Shown piece after piece: positions 27,961 through 41,309 of a stretch of DNA of 64,000 nt (position 1 is its first letter; each line of letters opens with the position of its first letter). Both the position numbers and the translations under genes were made by a program. The stretch comes from Raillietiella orientalis (lineage: Eukaryota). The DNA lies in assembly GCA_036172245.1 (NCBI GenBank), contig JAYWIR010000057.1, positions 558,001 through 622,000 of the forward strand. Direction: 5' to 3'. The notes below the pieces were generated by a model. It was not told where the DNA came from, searched no databases, and saw only the letters and a list, made by a program, of their open reading frames with translations.

Positions 27961-30900
27961 GACACAAAAGAAAGATGTAGCAACCACTCTCAACTTTTAG
28001 GAGTACTCCCGTTGCTTCCTTCGCGCCTCATCTTCCATTCCGAAGTCTGGTACTTCTCACCATTTATCCTTCCGCTTCCCTCATTAGCTTAAGGAAAGAC
28101 CACACTGTTTTTTGACTGCTGTTCCTCTTAGTCCCCGCCGCTTACGGAAAATTCGTTGCTGAGCCGTTTCTCCGGGTCCTCGCAACCAGTTCTCTACGCT
28201 CTTTCTACCTTCCTTCCTCCAAACATCCCGGTGCTGGGAAACGTGTGCTCCGAAGCCAGACTAATGAACGGAAATGATTGCAAGACCAACCGACTACTTA
28301 CACAAGCCACGGTAACTATAGTAACTATAGAATTCAATTAGTTGCGTTAATTGCATTTTCGCACCTGGATCTGACTGCGAGGAGCAACTGGGTAACACAG
28401 ACACCCGCACGCAATGAGAGCTTGAGTACTCTGAATCACTGAACGCTGTGCATCGGAGATGAGCCTTCATTGCGCAGCTGTGGGGCCAAGTAGCTGTAAC
28501 GCAGCCACCCAGCAGGAGCCTGCAATAAAGCGAGATGCTACCTGCGGGGTTAAAAATATCACCGATTCGGAGCAACGCTTCTTGTCCTTGTCTTCTTTTG
28601 ATTTTATTGCTGTTCCTTCTTATTATTATTATTCCAAAGTACACCTTCCGGTGGAATTGGTCAGCGTTCCTCCGTCAGAAACACGCCCCAGAGGTCCTCA
28701 AATCCCTGCCACGCTCGAGAAAATTCATCCCCCTCCCCCCTCCGTCTCTCTCTCTCGCTTCCAGTGGCTTTTCATGTCGTCCTATTTGCTTAGGCCATCG
28801 TTGACTTTGCTGCCCTCCTTCCCCTCCTTCGCAAGTGCCCCTTACTCGGATTACTCCCGGTCTCATCCCACCGTTTTTCCTTCCGCATCTCCTCCGACCT
28901 CTGCATGCCACCCGTGCGTCTCGTACCTCTCCTCTGTTTTTATCTGTCAGCTTGCTTCAAGAGACGTCTGCGGACGAAAGCCAGCCCTCCTTTCGTCACT
29001 TCTGGCGCATTCCGATCCGAGACATTTCGTCCCATCATGCGTTAAAGCAGTGCAGCCCCTTGAAGAACGAGGCTGGCCTTTCACGATTGTAATTAGCGCG
29101 TCCTCCTCGTTGGACCACCTCATCGTGCCAAGGATGAAATGGAACTGCTACTTCGAAGTCGCTCGCAATAGGAAGCTGCATACGTGCAGACGGAAAAAGC
29201 CTGTTGGTGTCTGACTAATGTTTAGCTTCTTTGATCCTTCATTCGGATGCTAAAGACGATCCCTCGCGACTTTCTACACGTCAAGGTTCGAGCCCTTTCC
29301 GAAGTGAAACACAGCTGTCCTAATCACATTAACTCCTGTTATTTTTGTTTTCTTTCTTGATTCTCTCATCATCCGGAGCCCTCACTACGTCACGACAGCA
29401 CGAGTAGAATGTAAACTTTCCTGTAAATGCTGAGGCTATCTTGATTTCGGGCTGGAATTCTTTTCCCGCTGAATGCAGATCTCCATATTCCGTTGTTCAA
29501 ACAGACAGTTGTTTACAGTCGAGCGTGCACCGGAACAGCGTTTTGTGGCGGACCCATTCCGGCGGGTTCGCTGCTCCCCCCCTCCTTACTGGTTCTTTGG
29601 ATGTCTCGACAGCAGACGAATGCTCGTGCACAACGTGATGTTCAAAGTGATTCTGCATTCCGGAGGGCTTTCACCACCCAGACACCTACACTCTAACACC
29701 GCCACCTCAGCACTTCCGGAAGTTTCCGGCCCTCTTCACAAGTCTGCGTAGCGGCAGCTCATAATCTTTCGACTACCGAAAATGCCATCATGCATCAGAA
29801 CAGAAGTGATGCCTCCATGTGGAGCAGCGCCGACTCCTGGGGTATGGCTGAATTTAGGATTCATCTGCAAATTTGAGGGGATGAACTTTGAAATGATTCC
29901 CACAGCACTCCAAAGCATTAGCGACGAATATGTCTCAGAAAATAACTCTCTATTCTGCTGAATTCCTTAACGACTGATTCCAGATGATCCTGATCTCTGT
30001 GGTTAAGTGGAAAAAAGAAAAGCAAGGGAAAACAGGAAGCAACACAGAATTTAACAAGAAATGGAAACGAAAATCATATTCGATGCAGAATAATTATTAA
30101 ATAAAACGTCGTATGAAACAGAACGAATAGGCAAGAAGGTTCGCTGATAAAATCTCTCTCACAAGTTGCACTCTGTGCGACGGTTTAGATATTCTCCATT
30201 GGCTGTATCGTCAAGAAAGCTCTCTCATGAGTCACGGCAGCATTCTCCATTTTGTATCCATAGCTCACTACATGAAGGTCTTCGGGGAAAGTTATTTCTC
30301 ATGGAGGGAAAAAAAGAAAAAAGGAAAAGAAATCATAGCTTTATGGTTTGCGGATTGCTCAGAATATCATTTGAAGAGAGAGAGGGTGTGCAGTTTTTTT
30401 TTTTTTTCCCTCTTGAGAATCAAACCGATGCGAAACACTGAAATCTCGATGCTTTCTCTCATGTACCCACGGCAGAGGGGAAGCGCCCGAACAGAGATAC
30501 ACACGGCGCCACCCCGGCGCAAGTCCCACTTGCAGATCTGGACGGAATTCGACACTGAAGTCAATCATCAAGCATTTTTGTGAACTGTCGAAGGGTTGGT
30601 TCCGACTCGCTTATGTTCGGAGTGCTGAGGGTGTTTTCCCCGCAGCATCTTCACTGAGTTTGTGTTTTATCAGTCCATGACACACAGTCAGGGATTTTTT
30701 CCTCATCCGCTGGAGGGGGAATGATTCTTCACGGGAATATGTTTCATCAGCTGTGCTGCATCTAGAAGGACAATTTTTCCTGAAACTCGATTCATCCGGC
30801 AGGAGCTGCCCTTTGCTGATGGATACAGCGAGTTAACAACAGATGCACATTGAGTGATGGCTTTAATGTAGGAAAAACGATCTTGCAATCAATTAAACAC

Positions 30901-33900
30901 GAAAAAGGGATAGTCTTACTCCTCTTTGTAGTTCCTTCTACAACAGATGGTTGAAAGAGCTTCCAGGAAGTAAACTATGCCATGCTAATGTTTTCCGAGA
31001 ACCCATGTCGACATCAGAAAGCCAAAATTTACAAGGAAGTATCTGCATGTACGTGCAACAAAATGTACAATGCGTATACTCAAAATCCAATTGACGCAAA
31101 GTGAAATTCCAAATTCACTTGTACTCCTGGTCATTGGTGTGGCCCAAACGGGCAGCTTTTTTTTTTTCCCCCCTCCTTTCCTAAGCGGTTCACGGCTTTA
31201 AATTTTTCCTTCACCTCGTGTTACACGTTTGATGCCAAGGATACGTAGAACACACTTCAGTGTCAATTTAACATGTATTAAGAATGGTTTTTCGAATACC
31301 TTCTTTCCCTTCTGGAGAATCGAGAAATTACCCCAAGACTGCATGATTTCAAATTTTGATGCTGCGGCCACTGTGTCTGTCAAAGAAACAGCAGCACAAA
31401 TGGAAGGTGATTTCGGAACTGAAGTTATTCGAAACAGGGGCGGGCATGGGGGGGGGGGGAGACTTTAAGGGAACCCTAGTGAAAGACAGGATGGATGGGC
31501 ATCGCTCCTGATAACTGAGAACGGCATCGCTTCGAGATGAGCGTCGACGGAATAATCAGAAAAATGTGCTGAATAAGATCACACTCTGGAGAGGGTGAGG
31601 CAACATGCCAGCGAGTAAACTGCTGTGAATGCCAGCTCAAATTGATTGCTAAGCAATATTTTTAACAGTAGAATTGACCGAAAAAAGGAGTACCACCCCC
31701 ACCACGAGCTACTCGAAGGCTGAAAAGGAAAAATAAAAAATCGCCTGCTCTCTTCAGAAAGGTAAAGAGATCTTTTCCTCTTTCTTTCCGATATTCGTTA
31801 CCCAACGAAAACTCCTTTGAGTAATAGAGTTGTCGTGGCTCTTGGAAATCATTGATCGAATGGGTACTCGCAAATTTCATATGCTAATAGTAAGTCTCCC
31901 AATAAAATGTTTGCCTTACAACAGATGTCTTCTCGGATTGGTGGAAAATCTGAATATCAGGATGTCATAACAGAATGACGTGAAATGCATACTGACCCAA
32001 AAGTGTACAGTCCTTACCCCTTTTCAAGATATTTGGGAGGGAGCAAACTACTGTGATCTTACAAACGAAGGTAATCATTTCTTTTTCTTTTAAGGAGCTT
32101 TCAATTTCCAAGGCAAATTTTGATGCTTTGGTTTTAAGATCAGACATCCTGGAGACCAACTGCTGAAGGTCCGCGAAAAAAATTTTTTCGTCAGGGCTCA
32201 AAATGTTTTGCTTTTATGTAGCATCTTGCAGACATCAAACTAATGCAATATTCCATCGGGGAACCCAGTGGAATCACCTGACTAAAGCGGGATAAAAAAA
32301 AAGAAAGAAAATTAGTTGTAACGTGGAATAAAACCGAATAAGACTGTATTAGACTCTTGCCGGTTTGGGATGCATTTGAACTGCATCTCCCTGAATTTCG
32401 AAATCTTCCTGGAGTTTAGCGGGAACCACTACGAATGGGGAAGGCAGCTGTGCCCCAGCACATTCCCACTCTTGGAGAGAGGGAAAAAAAGCACCCTTTC
32501 CTGGATCACCGCTTCTTATTCTCTAAACATGAAGAGAAAGAATGGATTTGGAGGGGCTTTGAAGGCTTCACAAATCACACATTTCACGCACCTTCTGTTG
32601 GCTTTTTTTTTGTACTCCAGGAACACAAACAAATGGATACTGCTAATCACTGTCAACTATGGAATAAAACGAATAAATCATTAGAAATAGGGCAGAATTG
32701 TTTTTTACTGATTGAGGCGTACCAATAACTTTGATCTTTGCATAAGCTTGTTTATCACAAATGCTCAGTAAGCGAGAATATAATCTGATCATTGTATGAG
32801 TCACGGCACAGGCTTGAAGCCTGCTTATTTTGTATCACTTTTGTAATCATTACTGACTGTCATTAGGACCGACTGATTGACTTATCCATTTGAGCATTCA
32901 GATCTTACCGCACTTTAGGTGGTATCTAACAAGAGATCATCGGATAAGGAAAACTGTCCAAAACGAACTTTTGGCCACGTCAAAATTGCTCTCAGTATAA
33001 GGAAGACTAAAATCCCTGAGCCTTGGTCCAAACTTCGGAAGGGGGTTTCGGAATTTGGCAGGAGCAATAGAGTTTATTTACCGGTCAGCATCAATGGGTG
33101 TGCTCATATTGCCCCAGGGTCTCAAAGAGTTACAAAAATCGCTCCATAATGACGGAAGAGAGATCCTAAGCACAAACAAATCGAATGGAATCTTGGAAAG
33201 CAAAGGTATGATCAACTCGTATTTCGGGATTCACACCGTGGTCTGAGATGTCTGTGGAATCTGTGGGCAAAAAATTGAGGGGTTGACATGGAAACCGATA
33301 CCAAATCTTCACACGGAATGTGTTATTATTGTGTTCCTGACTACAAAAGAGATAATCAGAAACGTAGCTTTCAAATGAAGACACGCCTTCATTTTCGGGT
33401 AGGTCATTAGAACATTCGCAACTTGCGAGTGTTGAAGAGCTTGGAAGTTTTCTGTAAAATCATGAACTTAATTATGCAATGGTTTCAAGTGTTCAAAGAA
33501 TGTGCTGAAAACGTCGTTCGAGTGATTTGTGTTTGGATGAATAAGAGTCATTTTGTTCAATCAAAATCCAACGGATGGTACAGAACCTTCCTTTCCATGA
33601 CTCACTGCCAAATCATTCATCAATCAAAAACATTTGAACTGAACATCGACCAGTTCATATTTAAAAAACCAAATGAATCAATGCACAATAACCTTTCTAC
33701 ATGGCAAAACATAACTTTGTCAATTAGCATTCATATCTTGACATTTTTGAAAAATGAAAATGGGTAAACACTTAATTTTCGAAATTTATTTAGTTTGGTT
33801 ATCCTTAAAGAGTTCTTAAGGATATAAACATTCTTATAGAGGCTACAAAGTTCTTTCTTCATGCTTGTAGATGCACCAAAGAGATTTCAAATGCTGCTCA

Positions 33901-36296
33901 CAAGAAACTGAAAACCACAACAAAAAACCTAAGTGACTTCAATGCATGTTCGGCTGGTTGCTTGCATTCAAAGTGCAAACAGACAAATTTTTTAAAAGTG
34001 TTTGGAAACAATCCACCTGGCTTCATTTTAAAAAATAAATAAATTAATCTGATGAATCTTTAAATAAATACATCAGCATCAACCCAGCATTTTTCATGAA
34101 TGCACTTGTTTAACATTCTTTTCATATTCCCTTTATATCAATTTCAATATAAACATTGCTGAGCATTGTGAAGTGGCAATGTATTTCTTTCCTGTTGCAT
34201 TTGTCTAACATGTTTCCCGAGGTCTTTAGAATCACAATCCTATTTTCCATATTATCAAATGTTTTCAAGGCTTTTATGAGAAAATTCTGAGCATGAACTT
34301 CACCTGCTTCAAAACAAGGTAATTTAATTAGGATCACAGGTGACAGTCTCAAGAAAAATAAAAATAACAGGGATATTCTGCTACTCTGTGATTCTCAATT
34401 CACTTGATAAACATCAGTTTTCTAATACTTTACTGACCGCTTTCTCATTCTTTTGTCTTTTGGGATACAAATAGACAGTTCATGACAGTTATTTTGTCAG
34501 TAGTATTGATGTATAAATTAGCAATATCCATGTGGAAACTTTAGCTAGGATTTGTTATGATAGCATTATTGCAAAAAGCATGATTTCATTGGAAATGCAG
34601 CTGGAATTTCGCTCTCATTTTGTGCTATAAAATATGGGGTATCGTTATGCCATTTTCCAAACCAGTAACACATGCTCTACTCATCTTTAATAGAGTACAC
34701 ATGTTCCAGTATCTCCATAAAAAACCTTATGACACATGTCAACATAGAATGATAAACTCTGTGGCTCAAAGAGCAGGAAGACTGGACAGTCTATCTTATT
34801 CGCTTCTACGGAAATTCCAATATCACTTGACAATGAAACATTATAACTTAAAATGATTCTCAAAAGAACTTTCATGTACAAGAGTCAAAAAACCCAACTG
34901 CTTTGGAGAAACTACAAAACTTCAACTGTATTACCCTGCTGCTTTAATCAAACACTCGCCAATTTACCAATCCAATTCAAATGTTAAACACGACCTGCGG
35001 TTTCCATCACACATTTTTAAATATTCAATGCTGAAAAGTATGATAATAATGTTTTCTTAATCATATTTATTTTTGCTTTTCCCTCTCACAAAGTACTCAC
35101 AAAATTTGTGATTTTTGATTGTGAAAAAATGAATTACAATGTTCTTCTGGCTTCTCTCTCTTCTGCAGACTATAGACAACTAATTATGGAAATTTCATGC
35201 ATTTACTTAACAGAATAGCCGTCAAAACTAATCATGGTATACAATTATGTACAATCTCATGGTGACGTAATGTTATTTACTTGCACACTGGGCACATACT
35301 GGCCATAATCATTACACAGAAATGATTCACAAAATGTAATTTTTCGCAATTAACCTCTATGTGTATTTTATGGAGTTACGCTTCAATGCTTAAACAACTA
35401 AGGAAGAAACATATGCTTCATGTGTGAGGGCTGCCAACCTATTGCAAACGTAAAGTATGTTTATTTTTCTTTCATTGGAAAGAGTCCTTCAACAGTTTCT
35501 TTGTATGCATGAGCCAATAGATGTACAAAATGTATCACATAATTTTCGGTATGCAAAAAACATTTGGGAAAACACTAAGGCTTGCAATTTCAAACAAACA
35601 TGATTAATTGCCGGAATTCCAACAAATGAAAATTATGTGTTTGGCATATTCTTCATATTTACTTTCCAAGAACCCTGAAGTCATACTTCATCAGAATCCT
35701 TGATATTGTATGATTATCACGAAACTCCTCCAATCTCAGAGAAAGAAAGAACCCTAAAGCTCAAACATTAGCATATTTTCATAGATGGTTATTTACATTC
35801 GAAGCTGAAATTACAATATCTTGATATATTCACGGTTTTGATGGCCAATGGAGTTGTACCTATGCTCACTACAACATCTTACGAGAAATTATAAATATCT
35901 TCCAACCAATTTCTTAATTATAACAACTTTTCGAAAATATCACCAATTTGATCCTTTCAGGTACTGCTCGAAACTGAGGTTCCACTATTGAACCTACTAA
36001 AAACCGATGAACACACTGATTGTTCCACAAAACCTGAATTTTTGCAATTTTAATACTGGGATTGGATGCTATATTCAAGAATTACGGCAAGAGCGTTTCC
36101 ACGGAGAATTTCTTCTTCAGCTTCCATCGGGATTCCAGTTGACATTTATTGCTGATACTTATCACACAATCGCCGTTATCCTGTAAAGTGATTACTCGGA
36201 GACAGTTCCACTTTTGCATCTCTTGCACTCACAAGAACAAGCACTCCAAAAAGAGAGCCAAGCACCGAACTGCTCCTCCGTTACCCATTTCTGAGC

Positions 36297-36333
36297 CTAC
36301 ACTTTGATCTTAGCCAAAAGACCGAGAAGCGAT
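36297..36333 (-). ncRNA. U2: 5' fragment (nt 1-37) of U2 snRNA
   Basis: Minus strand reads ATCGCTTCTCGGTCTTTTGGCTAAGATCAAAGTGTAG, the metazoan U2 5' end with one C>T change that keeps stem I as a G-U pair. Similarity stops before TATCTGTTCTT, and the 3' part of U2 was not found in the window. Confidence 0.92.
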
Positions 36334-37124
36334 CAAAGTATAGTTTCTGTAGCCTAAGGCGTAACCGATCAAAAACTACGAAACCAACATTCTTGAATGA
36401 TGATTTTGATGATCCTTGGAGCACGTGTTAATTTTGTAGTTTGAACAGCAAAGCATTTATGTGCATATCTTTCTCCCTTTGACAAATTAAGTGGAAATGG
36501 GAACTTTCTACTTTGAATTTCAAATAGCCTCTTGTTTTGAAATACGCTAATTCATTTCTGCAACCATCTTTATTGCAAACATCTCAATGTTAACACAATA
36601 ATTAGCATTTGCTTAAATGAATATGGACCGTTTAAAGCCGCAATTTATTTAGCATTCCTGGTAAGCTGATAAAGCAATTATCTTTACATTTTTCGCATCT
36701 GTGTTTTCCAATTATGCCTAAAATCATAGAACACCAACTGATGCCGAAATTTTATTCTTCAGACTTTAGAAATTTTAACTACGGTGACTGAAAAGATGCA
36801 CAGTGCCTCAGGTTTCAGATGCAGTTTCTCGACTACTCATCAGAAACAGATTCCCAGATAGTGTACAACGGGATTTACAAAGGTAAAGCACCTGAATGAA
36901 GAAGACACTGTGAAAATGGTTCCAGAATGAAGCTAGGCTTCGCTTCATTAGTATCAAGGGTTCCCTTGAACACCATCCATTACATTAGAATAATATTACA
37001 ACTTATGCAAACTTTTCATCAGGTAACTAAGAGATTTTCCACCATCTTCCCTTTCTCTCTTTTTTTTTTCCCCAAGCTAGCAAGATAAATATTTATTTAC
37101 ATCCGGTGTGATCTTTGCACTTCC

Positions 37125-37754
37125 GGATCAACAGATGAGGGGCCAATTAGGTCTATTATGGGGCTGATAGACATGGATTGCACCTCGCTGAAGAAGTCGA
37201 AAAGCATTTTGTGCACACCTTTGGAAAGGAATCAGAGAGTCAGAGAGCTCCAGCAACGAGCTCCCTCTTAAGACCGGACTTAGTGAAGAAAGGAAACCAG
37301 CATATATTGCAGGACGTCAGCTGCCCGTACGAGGGTGGAAAAGGGGCGTTCAGCACAGCTAGGAGGATAAAACAAGAAAAGTACAAGGAAATAGCCTTCC
37401 AGAGAGGGGAAGCGACGCAGGGTGGCATGCTTTCATCGTTGGCTCTCTGGGATCCAGGTAACGAAGTGCTGCAGGATGTTGGAATTCCAAAAAAGAACTT
37501 GGGGACGATGAGGCACCGGATGGTGGCCTCGTGCATCCGGTACTCTAGCGACATCTATGCAGCCCACTTCACACGAAGGACTGAGAAACAGATGCAGCAG
37601 GAGAACCCAACGGTCAGCTCTCGAGAGACGGAGGACAGAAAGCTGAGGAAGCAGCATACTGAGGGGCGATGAGAGTCCCAGATGAACAGAGGAGGAATTC
37701 TGGAAGAATGTGAAGGGCCCCCTGTAGCATGTTATCTAATTGTAAAACAGTAAA
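37125..37754 (+). mobile_element. NeSL/Utopia-like retrotransposon, 5'-truncated 3' end (RLE and 3' UTR)
   Basis: ORF 37178-37672: LLRPDLVKKG..QDVSCPYEGGKGAFSTARRIKQEKYKEI..LWDPGN..MRHRMVASCIRYSSDIYAAH. The 3' UTR (gaagaatgtgaag...aattgtaaa) is shared with the 21.4 kb copy. Confidence 0.92.
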
Positions 37755-37799
37755 CATCTGTACATTTTCGAAAAGAATCGTCTACGAATCCGTCTGAGA

Positions 37800-40700
37800 T
37801 ATCGGAGGATATCAAGACAGAAAGGGAGAATAATGATTCTCCTTTCCTGTCCTGATATCCTCCAATATCTCCAATTCAAGCAGCACCAGCTAATCTCAGG
37901 TTATCGTTTAATAATGAAGCCATTGGCTCCAACATCATCCAAGTTGGAGAATAAGCTACGCCCCAGGATTCTGAGATCTCTTAGAAAGGGTGCAAGTTGG
38001 TGGATTCCCAGGACATGATGCTTACACGTATCATTAACATATGCCTCAAATTCTCGAGAAGGTCGACGCACTGGAAGCATTCGAATACAGCAAATGTCAC
38101 TCCGGAAATGATCTTCAGAGTGGGGGGGGAAAAATGACTAGGTGGAGATCAATGCCAACTGGTGACCGTATTGATCGCCTCTTCGCAAAACGCCTCTCTG
38201 GAAGGACTTCAAGAGCGCTTCCTCGACAGCAGAGTCATCTGTCCGTATCGAAAGGAATTTCATCCATACGATGGAGTTCTGGAACGAATTCTACTCGAGG
38301 GAGCTAGTCATCTCCGTATCGCACGCACAGATCTGATACGGATGCATTTGAGGTGAGAGGCCCTACACGAGGTACTAGTGGGATGAGGATACCCTGCAAG
38401 GGGGTACGGTTGGAAACATCTTAAGGTGCATCATCAAAAACCTGTCCCGCTGGTGCAAACCCATGTTTGCGCCAGCGGAATCCTGGGGCGCAAGAGGTGA
38501 CTAAGTGCGTTGAGGAGAGAAACAGAGATGACCCCTTTGCATTCTTCTATTCAGAGTAGCTACTGGACCGACTCCACGTGGAATAGGAGAGCTGCTGGGA
38601 GGTAGTCAGACCTGATGATGAACTGGCCGGAAGATGCCCGACGGACTGCTATAATAGCATCTGACTGAACGGATTGCACCGGATGACTGTGGGTGCTTCA
38701 GGAACGAGTTGGTGGAAGCACAATTTACTTCGAGCTCGTGTACTTGGTCACAGCTTTCGTGCCTTCCGAGTCGGCCAGTTCTGCGGGCAGCTACAGGCGC
38801 ACATCTGTCTGCACTTCCCGGCTGGTGATGGCATGAGCTTGCTGTAGTGGGACAGGTGGGGCGCTTTCGCTACGATGAGCTCGAAGATGTCATCGACAAA
38901 GCTGTTCATAACCGATATGGCTTTGCTGGGGATACCCGTATCCGGGTGCACCTGCTTCAAAACTTTATAGATGTAGATGGTGTAACTCTCCTTGCTCTTC
39001 CTCTTCTTATTCTTGTCTCCCTTTGTGATGTTCTTCTACGCCTTGCATGCCTTTTTTTGCGACTTTCCCACTACCAGACTTCGGAGCCATAGCGAATACA
39101 CACAGCAACACCACTCACTACAACCTTCACACGCCCAAGCTGGACTACCATCAAATCCCAGCAAATGCACGTTGCGGCATTTCGGAGCGAAGGATTCAAA
39201 AGCAATAAGAAAGAAGCACTTTTAAGATCGGTGGAAGGGACCTCCACCTTTTGTCGAAGCTCACGGATGCTTGGGCAAACCATTTGGCTTTGGTTTTGTT
39301 TTCATCTGAGCTCTCCCAAAGACAATTTAGTAAAAGCAGTCTCCGCAAGGAGTGCGGGTTGTCTCGGGGCAGAAGGCGGATGCCAGGAAGATCTTTCCTT
39401 CCGGCTTGTGTATCATGAAAGGATCTAAGAAAGCAGAACGGATGTTTCTGGTTCAAAGGCACAAAACAAACTCGTCCAGAACTCGGCTATTGACTCAAGC
39501 ACGTGAGTACGCACATGCGACAGTCACTAGGACATCTCGGCCTACCTAACTTAAGGTAAAAGACCGATGATTTCGCTGCTGGTACTTGCTTCAGACCACC
39601 GAATTCTACGGACTGAGGGGTGCAAGATCCATTCCAAAGGATATTACGAACGGTGGTAGAAGGAAGATGCAAGTGTCATCGATCGATGAAGAATTGGAAG
39701 AAGATTTAAGAGCATTTATGTCTGGAGCGATCCTCACAACATGAAACAGACCCGGTGGTGATGTAAGAAGCATCTGGATTGTGGAAGGTAAGAGTCCGCA
39801 TAAACTAAGATGGAATGGCAGTGAGGATAAAAAAGAATGCCGGAGTGACATTTGGCGGCTTCACGATCGATGCGCCTACAAGGAAGGAAATTACCTCGAA
39901 CAACGAGCATCTCAACGCAGGGCAGCACGAACATCCTTCCTTATCGCAAAGATCAAGATAATGCTCTGATTTGGATCGTACGGGGAGTCAGGTCATTTTC
40001 CGTCAATAACGGACATCTTCGGTTCTCAGACTGCCGATTCATCCAGGCAGCACGACTCTGCCTTTGGTTTGTGTGGGCACCGTTCAACCCAGTCGAGGTC
40101 GACTACGCAGAAGATGGAGGAAGACGGGAAATCGACTAGCCAGGTGACATATTCAACAAAGTGGCTGACCGTCGCTAAATGGATTCATTGAGTCTCACTG
40201 CTGAATGGTCGTTGGGACGGAAATCCCGAAAGGAACCGCAGGCTCGAACTGGCGCGCGTTCTCGGTAGGACGGCCAGTAGGCCGGAGCTGCCATCTGCCG
40301 GATGATGCCCGAACGAATACATCGTAGTCGAGATGGACAACGATACGGTCGCTGTGCCTCGGGTGTAAAGCAGGAGTGCTGGGACCTTCCTCCCGTCCTC
40401 CAAAAACGGGTCTTACCACTGCCATCAAGCGCCGGTAAGAGAGAGTCTCGTGTCCTCGGGGAGCGCAGGGAGCGACTCAGATCGCGGACGCGCACGTGCT
40501 TCCCTCGTGGAGGGAATCTGCAGACGGATTACATGCCAGCACTTGGTGAAGCAAACCACCACACTGTGATCCACGGAGACCAACACCTTCTGGCCGAGGG
40601 ACTTTGCAGGGAGAGGCATGATGGGCGCTGGACTAACCAAGATCAAACAGAACACTGGATGATGGTGGTAAACGGCAGTCAAGCTATCACGGAAGCGAAA

Positions 40701-40950
40701 ACAAATTAAAATCGGATCTGGAACTCTAAGACGAAAGAACAATGATCGCTCTGGACGTCTCTTGCCCTTACGAATACTCATAACGGCTCTGGAAAAGGCT
40801 TGAAAATGGAGGACCAAAGAAGTAACCACTGAGGTAAGAAGAAACTGAAAGTTCCCAAGGAGCATCTCAGGAGAGTAATATCCTAGGATACGTATTGAGA
40901 GCAGCGTTTCCTCAACGGAAGAAGCTCCGAGCTCATAGAACAAGTCGAAG
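37800..40950 (+). mobile_element. Older decayed NeSL/Utopia-like element (RT through RLE) with a nested H2B pseudogene
   Basis: In order: RKEFHPYDGVLERILLE, a YADD-like remnant (about 38640), GLPSNPSKC, a YLGKP-like segment, KDQ..NGHLRFSDCRFIQAARL, and DVSCPYE. Many stops and frameshifts. Confidence 0.8.
38725..39090 (-). pseudogene. H2B: Histone H2B pseudogene
   Basis: [69 protein letters not shown]...[11 protein letters not shown]. It has an internal TAG, a frameshift/deletions in the C-terminal half, and no intact 3' stem-loop. Confidence 0.95.
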
Positions 40951-41268
40951 AGAACAGGAAGAATGAGGAGATAGTGGAAAATTCCTGGTCACCACTTGCC
41001 AACAACATCCTTTTACATAGGCTGTGATAGTCGAACGCGGAAGAATCCAATGGTGTAAGAAAGAGGGAACGGAGAAGTAGACATCAACTCGAATTCTGCA
41101 GCTACTCCAAAGTTCATGACAAGAAGTATGGATTTATGGAATAATACTGGAAAAAATTTTTATCCTTTAACAACAGCTGGAAAGGATCCCTTGGAGACGA
41201 TTGGTAAGAGTTAGAAAGTGCCAAGGTTATAAATGCAGACTCAGATGGCCTCAGAGAAAGACCCATGA

Positions 41269-41309
41269 CTTTTCTGAAACTTGGCCCTTAGGCCCAAGTT
41301 TCAGAAAAG
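41269..41309. repeat. Perfect inverted repeat with 16-bp arms
   Basis: cttttctgaaacttgg [cccttaggc] ccaagtttcagaaaag. Confidence 0.9.

Noticed and set aside
27529..27993. TLDPTL-containing ORF (also near 44140) resembling a small GTPase
   Set aside because: No P-loop. Better explained as the antisense of the RT AFGS region.
33400..36296. Telomerase RNA or an intron-split U2 downstream of the U2 head
   Set aside because: No (CCTAA)n template of more than one repeat was seen, and splicing does not restore the U2 sequence.
36810..36848. Hammerhead-like or C/D-box-like CTGATGA...CTGA/GAAAC on the minus strand
   Set aside because: Four extra bases separate stem II from GAAA, no convincing stems I/III were found, and it is too short for a snoRNA.
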